A stretch of 63,563 bases of DNA, counting the filler, from Nitrospinota bacterium (GTDB lineage Bacteria > JAUXIQ01): assembly GCA_030620925.1 (NCBI GenBank). It is 13 parts of 13 records of this genome, joined end to end, with 100 filler letters (N's around TTAATTAATTAA, not from the genome) between each part and the next. Parts side by side here need not be neighbours in the genome. Positions count along the whole stretch, not along the records: positions 56,129 to 60,326 come from JAUXIQ010000244.1; positions 60,427 to 63,563 come from JAUXIQ010000357.1; 11 more parts are not named here. One strand, 5' to 3'. The position numbers and the translations under genes are program-made. This document shows, piece by piece, positions 57,365 through 63,563 of this stretch (positions are counted from its first letter, which is position 1; each line of letters opens with the position of its first letter). The notes under the pieces are model-generated. The model saw only the letters and a list, made by a program, of their open reading frames with translations. It was not told the DNA's origin and searched no databases.

Positions 57365-58669
57365 TCAGAGATAACCCTGAGGAACGACCACCACGTCCCC
57401 CGGTTTCAGCACTACATCTTTGCTTCGATCTCCGCTCTTGGTTATCTCCTTCACGTTAACCTTGATCGTCTGTCCTACTCCACCTTCATATCTTATAACT
57501 TTTATCCGGTTGGGAGCGGCATATTTTGTCAACCCTCCCGCCATGGTGATAGCCTCAAGAACCGTAACTTCTTTTTCCAGAAGCTTATATGAGCCCGGAG
57601 CTTTGACCTCGCCGAAAACGAAGATAGAATCGAGCTGAGGTATATAAATTGTGTCTTTATTTTTAAGGGGGATGTTCAATGAAAGATCGCCTTGCACCAG
57701 AAGCCTATCTAGATCCACCCGGATATACTTAACTCTCTCTTCAGAGTCTGACTCTTCTCTTATCACAAAAAGCTCTTTGCCGGCCAGATAACCTTCCCGC
57801 GTGGTGGCGATACCCCCCGCCCTGGACAAGGCTTCAAGGAGGTTGGTCTCACCCATTAAAGGATAGGCGCCCGGTCTGTTTACCGCGCCGAGCACATAAA
57901 CTTCACTGCTCTTATATTCCAGTATATTAATGGAAACCTGAGGGTTCACGAGATATCCCTGCTTGAAACGCGACTCTATTATCTTTTCTATCTCTACCGC
58001 GGTGAACCCCGCCACCTTAACATCGCCTATTAGCGGGAAAGACATATATCCGCTGTTGGAAACCCGTATCTTGCGATTTAAATCGGGTTCGTCATAAACT
58101 GTTATTTCCAGAACGTCTCTGCCGCCGATAACGTATTCTTTTTGTCCTCCCTTGACAAAAGCCGTCTCAGGCTTAACCTCCTCGACTACCTTCTCCCCTC
58201 CACTCCGGGCCCCGACTAAAAGACCAGCGGGTTTTTCAATATCCAGGAGAAGCGATGTGCCGGTTTTGGATACCTGGTAATCAACAGCCTTTAAGAGTCT
58301 TACCTCGATCCGTTTCTCATCCCTCTCTGAAGAGTCTATAAGATTGATAGAAGTCACCGCTCCTTTGTCGACCCTTAACCTGTCAGGGACGCCCGTAAAA
58401 ACCGCCCCCCCTATCTCTATCATTAAAGCAAGGGGTTCTCGATGGTTCAAGATGTTGTATGCGAAAGCTCTATCCGCAGTGATCTTGACCCTGATAAATT
58501 TCCCCTGGTCTATAATCTCTATCGAAGTCACTTTTACAGGAGGGTTGCTTGCTGAAGGTTGAGGCGAAAAATCCTCAAGACCACATGATACGACAACTGC
58601 CGCCGTCACCATAAAAATTGAACAAAAAATGACTTTCCGCAGATTTAACTTGTTAAAAAAACAGTTCAT
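57365..58669 (-). CDS. wza: Polysaccharide export lipoprotein Wza with N-terminal AMIN-like domain and SLBB domains
   Basis: Lipobox VVSC, YVIGGRDVLEITVY, FPLIG, NPQV, VLGAV..PG.Y, two SLBB repeats. Confidence 0.88.
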   Translation of the reverse strand: MNCFFNKLNLRKVIFCSIFMVTAAVVVSCGLEDFSPQPSASNPPVKVTSIEIIDQGKFIRVKITADRAFAYNILNHREPLALMIEIGGAVFTGVPDRLRVDKGAVTSINLIDSSERDEKRIEVRLLKAVDYQVSKTGTSLLLDIEKPAGLLVGARSGGEKVVEEVKPETAFVKGGQKEYVIGGRDVLEITVYDEPDLNRKIRVSNSGYMSFPLIGDVKVAGFTAVEIEKIIESRFKQGYLVNPQVSINILEYKSSEVYVLGAVNRPGAYPLMGETNLLEALSRAGGIATTREGYLAGKELFVIREESDSEERVKYIRVDLDRLLVQGDLSLNIPLKNKDTIYIPQLDSIFVFGEVKAPGSYKLLEKEVTVLEAITMAGGLTKYAAPNRIKVIRYEGGVGQTIKVNVKEITKSGDRSKDVVLKPGDVVVVPQGYL

Positions 58670-59203
58670 GACAGAATAAGCCCTCGGGCCCGGAAAGCTG
58701 AAGGGAAAAAATCTAATCGTTCAGTGCCGCCGTTCTCGTCTTCTTCAACAATCAAACTGGAAAGCAACCATAAGGTGGTGTTGGGGACGTGGGGTAAACC
58801 AATCCGGTGCCGAACCTGTGACGATGTGAATAATGTTCCAAAAACCGGGAATCGCCTGTGACAGTTGTTCTACTTGCAACCCTCCTCAGATAAAATACCC
58901 GCTTAGAAGTATTCTACAATTGAAATTTAAATATATCAATTCATTTTTATGTCTCTGAAAGACTAATGGCGCACGGAATCCGGGATTGACAGGCCCGCAA
59001 ACTCTGCGAGCCTGCTCCAAAGATTTGGAACGACGGTTTGAAACTCAGGCGACACGGCGCCAGGGTGGTATTATTCCCGGTATCCTATACTCTCAACTAC
59101 AAACCTACGGTTTGATTGCCACCGTAAGCAACTTATGCTATTTTTAGTAAAACTTTAAGATCAGTGTGCACCACCCCCTAACCCACGGCCCAGGGAGACC
59201 ATA

Positions 59204-60326
59204 ATGGATATTGATAAAATCCGTGAGCTGATACCCGCCACACGAAACTCTATATACATGAACACCGGCGCCGGCGGCCCCATGCCCCTTCCCGTAGCGG
59301 AAGCCATCTCCGCCTGCATGGACCTGGAACACCGTAACGGCCCCTATACGCCAACCGTCTGGGAGGAGAGAAAGACGCTGGTTCCTTCCATCAGGGGAAA
59401 AGCGGCTTCTCTCATCGGGGCGGAGGAGAACGAAGTCGCCCTCACCGATAACACCAGCTCGGGAATAAACATCATCGCCAACTGTATAGACTGGGCTGAA
59501 GGGGACGAGGTGGTGATCACCGACGCCGAGCATCCCGGAGGCTACCTCCCCTGGTTCAACCTGGAGAAGCTCAACGGTATAAAGACGGTGGTGGTTCCCG
59601 TCGGTGACAGCGACGACCAGTTCCTGTCCTCCCTCGAAAGCGCCATCACCGGAAAGTGCCGCCTGCTCTGCATGAGCCACGTGGCCTGGTGCCTGGGGCG
59701 CAGGCTCCCCGTATCGAATGCAGTGGAGATAGCCGGGGGCAAGGGCGTGCCCTGCATAGTGGACGGCGCTCAGGCCGTGGGGCAGATGGAGGTAGACGTG
59801 AAAGCGTTGGGGGCGGATTTCTATTCCTTCCCGGGCCACAAATGGCTCATGGGGCCAATGGGCACAGGCGCCCTCTACGCATCCCCTAGGGCCATGGAGT
59901 GGGTCAAGTTCACTTCCGCGGGGTTCTATTCCGGCCCCTCATACGACTTGGCCAAAGCCGAGTTCACCCCTTTCGAGGATGCACGCCGCTTCGAAATCGC
60001 CACCCGCAGCTCCATGCTTTTGACTGGCCTGGGAGCGGCCATGGATTTCGTGACCGCCCTCGGAATGGGCGAAATAGAGGCCGCCATCAGGAAAAATGCC
60101 GCGGTGATGCTTAATCACATCTCAGGCATGGACCGAATCACCCTCTACTCACCTGAGGCTGAGGGAGGCAGAGCGCAATCGGGCCTCGTCTCTTTCAGCG
60201 TAACGGGGATGGACGCGGAAGAAGTGGTAAAAGAACTCTGGAGTCGGGAGAACATCGCCGGCCGCTGGGTTCCCGACCCCAAAGCGGTGCGGCTGTCGGT
60301 AAACTTTTTTAACACCGAGGAAGAGC
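59204..60326 (+). CDS. Class V PLP aminotransferase (cysteine desulfurase/cystine lyase/CefD-like), 3'-partial
   Basis: YMNTGAGGP, EHPG, SHVAW, DGAQ, PGHKWLMGP.GTG, RRFE. Confidence 0.85.
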
Positions 60327-60426
60327 NNNNNNNNNNNNNNNNNNNNNNNNNNNNNNNNNNNNNNNNNNNNTTAATTAATTAANNNNNNNNNNNNNNNNNN
60401 NNNNNNNNNNNNNNNNNNNNNNNNNN

Positions 60427-60810
60427 ACCACCAAGGCGCTGAAGTACACCAATCAGAGTCTGGAAATCTCCACACGCACCAACTCGCGAAAGTATCTGGT
60501 CAAAGGGTGGCGACTCCAGGGGGAAATCGCCCTTGCCCGCAAACAGTGGGACGAAGCGGAAGAGTGGCTGCGGCAGGCCCTGACCGTAGCCGAAGCCGTT
60601 GGCAACCCCACCCAGCTCTGGAAGACCCACCTCGCCATGGGGCGGCTCCACACAGAGCTCAAGAAGCCGGAAATAGCTCAGAAGGCGCATCGCGCAGCCC
60701 GTGAAGTTATTGACCGGGTCAAAGTGAACCTTCGAGACCCGGAGCTGCGGGCGGGTATGGAAAATTCACCATTGATACGACAAGTATACGACCTGAGCGA
60801 GCCGGATTAG
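60427..60810 (+). CDS. C-terminal TPR fragment paralogous to 55200-56028 (not in ORF track)
   Basis: Manual translation TTKALKYTNQSLEISTRTNSRKYLVKGWRLQGE..AVGNPTQLWKTH..LRDPELR..EPD*; open from the gap. Confidence 0.75.
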   Translation, partial: TTKALKYTNQSLEISTRTNSRKYLVKGWRLQGEIALARKQWDEAEEWLRQALTVAEAVGNPTQLWKTHLAMGRLHTELKKPEIAQKAHRAAREVIDRVKVNLRDPELRAGMENSPLIRQVYDLSEPD

Positions 60811-60963
60811 AGCATTGCAACGGAATTATTTATGTCAGTCGAAAAGTTCGGTACCTTTTCCACGGTTACGCTTCTAACATGATGGCTATCAAGGTTATCC
60901 TCATCCAAGACATCGTCTATTCCCATATCTTTGGAGTCCATAAATGATTCGGTGATTCCGGCC

Positions 60964-62082
60964 CTATTTTTTTTCTTTCTTAAACAATTCGTCGAACAAT
61001 TTATCCATGGATTCTCTTTCTATTTCTATTGAACCCATTATAAGAGTTACTTCCTGGCTGTCAGCGACATATTCAATGGTCATGTTTGTAACTTTATCAA
61101 CATCCCATACGTATTGCTCCGGCTCTCCGGAATAGGACAACAAATTCTCGTTAAAGGCCCTCCCGTAATTTTTAAAGAGGCTTGCCTTTAACGCTTCCCA
61201 TTTTTGGGCGCCTTCAGTTTTTGCCGTTAGATTGGAAAATTTGCCTTTATCGAAAGTGTACTCAATATTATCGAACCCGACGCCCCACGCACTCAGGTTT
61301 TCATTCCGTTTCTCGTATACTTTCGCATCCTTGTATGGTTCGGCTATCAGCACCATACCTTTCACTTCCGATATGTTCGTCCCCCACTTTATTCCTCTGA
61401 AACCGTCAGGTTCGCCTTTGTAATACATAGGGTTACCGGAATACTCTCCAGTCTGATATTTTACGAGGGTATAAGTTATGCTGAAGGCTTCGTCTTTTTG
61501 ATACAGGGAAAGGGGCAGGCCCGCCTGTTTGGATATACAGGCTTCAGCCGATTTATTACCGCTGCTGACGGTCATCTGCCTTCCGCTCTTACCGGCCGCT
61601 TCACAGGCTGTGGTGGTGGCGGTAAACGTTGCGCCGGGTAGATAGGGATGCGGTTTGGAAAATTCAGAATCCCACGCCTCCTTTTCGCCGGTAACGTTGA
61701 ATAGAAAGATCGAAGACCTGACAAAATCCATGGCGAATCCCATGGGGCTGTCTTTATCATACTTAGAGGCTTTTATGCCCTCTAACGCCCAGGTCAGCGG
61801 GTAGACCCCTTTCTCGACGGAGGATTGGGTTTTTTTGCTACCCTTCACGGTTACCTTGATATCGTGGGTCCCTTCGAGCCTTTCGTAAAACTCGATGATC
61901 AGTTCCAACGGATACAACGGTGTATCGCCCCTGGTGAACTCCACCTTATAGGTCAGCCCGGCGCCGCCGCCGCCCAGTTCCATCGGCATCCACCAGAGGA
62001 CTTCCCCTGCGTGAGCGGTGAGGGGAATTATAAATACCAGCAGAAAGATTATCAGTATCCGCCGCACAACTCGCCTCCTCAT
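60964..62082 (-). CDS. Secreted two-domain hypothetical protein
   Basis: Signal peptide ending AHA; C-terminal half starts EPDGFRGIKWGT; start set at ATG 62082. Confidence 0.7.
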   Translation of the reverse strand: MRRRVVRRILIIFLLVFIIPLTAHAGEVLWWMPMELGGGGAGLTYKVEFTRGDTPLYPLELIIEFYERLEGTHDIKVTVKGSKKTQSSVEKGVYPLTWALEGIKASKYDKDSPMGFAMDFVRSSIFLFNVTGEKEAWDSEFSKPHPYLPGATFTATTTACEAAGKSGRQMTVSSGNKSAEACISKQAGLPLSLYQKDEAFSITYTLVKYQTGEYSGNPMYYKGEPDGFRGIKWGTNISEVKGMVLIAEPYKDAKVYEKRNENLSAWGVGFDNIEYTFDKGKFSNLTAKTEGAQKWEALKASLFKNYGRAFNENLLSYSGEPEQYVWDVDKVTNMTIEYVADSQEVTLIMGSIEIERESMDKLFDELFKKEKK

Positions 62083-62282
62083 AAAGTTCCCCGTCAAAAA
62101 CCCGACTTCTCCGCCGCACCGAATCGGGCCGCAAAGATAGATACGAGTTCCCTTCTAATCACATGGAAGCCTGAAATTTCAACCGAGATAGAAACAACTT
62201 CTCTATCATTATATCGGCTATCTACGTCTTGCGGATTAAAATGAGGCTGAATACGGCGTAAATTTAAAAACGTTACAGGAAT

Positions 62283-63377
62283 CTACTTTTTTCGAGAAGT
62301 CGGATAGCCCGCTTTATTCCAGGCGAGCATCCCTCCGGTGAGCACCTGTATCTTATCGAAGCCCACCTGCGTCAGTATCTGGGCGGCGGTGGTGGCCCGG
62401 GCGCCTGAGCGGCAGACGGTCACTATCTCCTCTCCTTTGTGCGGCTCCAGCTCATCCAGGCGTCCGCTCAGACTGCCGATGGAAACGTGCAAGCTGTTGG
62501 GAAGGTGGCCCAGCTCACCCGTAAGCTCATCGGACTCCCTTACGTCCAGCAGGATGGGCGATCGCCCCGAATCGAGCCGCTCCTTGAGCTCCCTGGCGGG
62601 GATACCGGCTACCTTCAGGTCGTTCACGCCGTGTTCCAGCGTTCCCTTCACCTCGCAGGCGTTCACGTCAGCGGGTATCCAGGCGGTGCCGGGATCGCGT
62701 GCGCAGGCGTAGTTGGCCTTGAGGACGTCCGCCATCCAGTCCGCCGGTCCCAGCTTGAGGTCTTCGAGATACTCGACGAACTCTTTTTTCGTGCGGGGTT
62801 TGAGATGAGGGTTGCGCTCCTTCTGCTCCTTCAGGCTGGAGGGCTGCCGGTTGCGGTATTCGTGGGCGGGATAGACGGTGAGGTGGTCCGGCAGGGTGAG
62901 TATTCGCTGGAGGCTTTCCCAGTGCTCCGAGGGGTCGCCTCCGGGGAGGTCGTCCCGCCCCGCTCCTCCGTCGTCGAGAAAGAGAGTGTCGCCGGTGAAG
63001 ATGCGGTCGGGAAAAATCAGGCAGATGGAATCTTTGGTATGGCCGGGAGTGTGTATCACGTCGACCGGAATGCCCGCTATATCCCATTTCATGCCATTTC
63101 CGATCCGGAAGGTTACGCAGGGTGCGGGCGCCTTGATATACATGACGTATTCGCACCCCGTCTGGTCCACCAGCGCCGAACCGCCCGAGATATGGTCTGC
63201 GTGTGTGTGGGTATCTATAAGGTGGGTGAGCTTCAGCTTCTCGCTATCCAGCATTTCGAGATATTCGCTCACGTGCTCCAGCACGGGGTCGATTATTACC
63301 ACCTCATTCGATCCCTCAGCCCCTATAAGATATGCGCAGCAGGAATGTGGATTCAATTGACGGAACTTCATATTCAT
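62283..63377 (-). CDS. MBL-fold persulfide dioxygenase-like protein fused to rhodanese
   Basis: DTHTHADHISG, HTPGHT, FTGDTL, GRDD, YPAHEY; C-terminal LLDVRE, GHLP, VCRSGAR, GGMLAW. Confidence 0.88.
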   Translation of the reverse strand: MNMKFRQLNPHSCCAYLIGAEGSNEVVIIDPVLEHVSEYLEMLDSEKLKLTHLIDTHTHADHISGGSALVDQTGCEYVMYIKAPAPCVTFRIGNGMKWDIAGIPVDVIHTPGHTKDSICLIFPDRIFTGDTLFLDDGGAGRDDLPGGDPSEHWESLQRILTLPDHLTVYPAHEYRNRQPSSLKEQKERNPHLKPRTKKEFVEYLEDLKLGPADWMADVLKANYACARDPGTAWIPADVNACEVKGTLEHGVNDLKVAGIPARELKERLDSGRSPILLDVRESDELTGELGHLPNSLHVSIGSLSGRLDELEPHKGEEIVTVCRSGARATTAAQILTQVGFDKIQVLTGGMLAWNKAGYPTSRKK

Positions 63378-63563
63378 TTAGACCGCTCCTTCTTGATCCA
63401 AATTATTTTTAACGTTAATTTAGGATAACAGCTCAATAGACATCGCCGCAGGTGCTATAGTATACAACCAGATCTTTCATGATGCCCCACTTTTTTTCTA
63501 CATCTTCGGTCGGCATATACAAATATATTTCATCCTGTAAAGAGACCTAAACAGAAATAGAGG

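Noticed and set aside
58745-58879. 44-codon TTG-start ORF upstream of wza
   Set aside because: The SD-like GAGGAGG nearly abuts the start codon and the peptide has no recognisable features.
4371-60426. Regularly recurring TTAATTAATTAA flanked by N runs
   Set aside because: Artificial six-frame-stop contig linker, not a biological repeat or CRISPR array.
1-63563. tRNA, rRNA, CRISPR arrays, integrases or transposases
   Set aside because: None recognised on either strand by eye; a tRNAscan/Infernal run would be needed to exclude short ncRNAs.

Overview
The window is a concatenation of 13 short contigs of an anaerobe-like, diderm bacterial genome bin (gene content resembles Deltaproteobacteria/Nitrospinota; this is inference). 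Contigs are joined by artificial 100-nt N44-TTAATTAATTAA-N44 spacers, so adjacency across spacers carries no meaning. Most genes are housekeeping or anaerobic metabolism: pyrDK, scpAB-rluB, folD-xseA, two Vor-type 2-oxoacid:ferredoxin oxidoreductase loci, two OYE flavoenzymes, a molybdenum hydroxylase, hflKC, rqcH, wza-wzc. Highlights: (1) a complete, unannotated leucine-sensing transcription attenuator (consensus sigma70 promoter, 34-aa leader with 12 Leu, alternative protector/antiterminator/terminator helices) upstream of HMG-CoA synthase rather than a leu/ilv operon; (2) a strongly archaeal-like tetraether synthase (Tes/GDGT-MAS) homologue next to bacterial pyrD, with a candidate sigma54/IHF promoter; (3) a peptidoglycan-hydrolase/holin locus with three paralogous secreted putative immunity proteins and an internally deleted copy of the GH108 muramidase; (4) a cassette of three GH130 genes plus a GT4 gene, flanked by a ~132-bp duplication of a crotonase 3' end; (5) a B12 acyl-CoA mutase with a non-canonical active site; (6) a CCCGC-N5-GCGGG mini-palindrome family nested inside other REP-like repeats. 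No rRNA, tRNA or CRISPR array was recognised.
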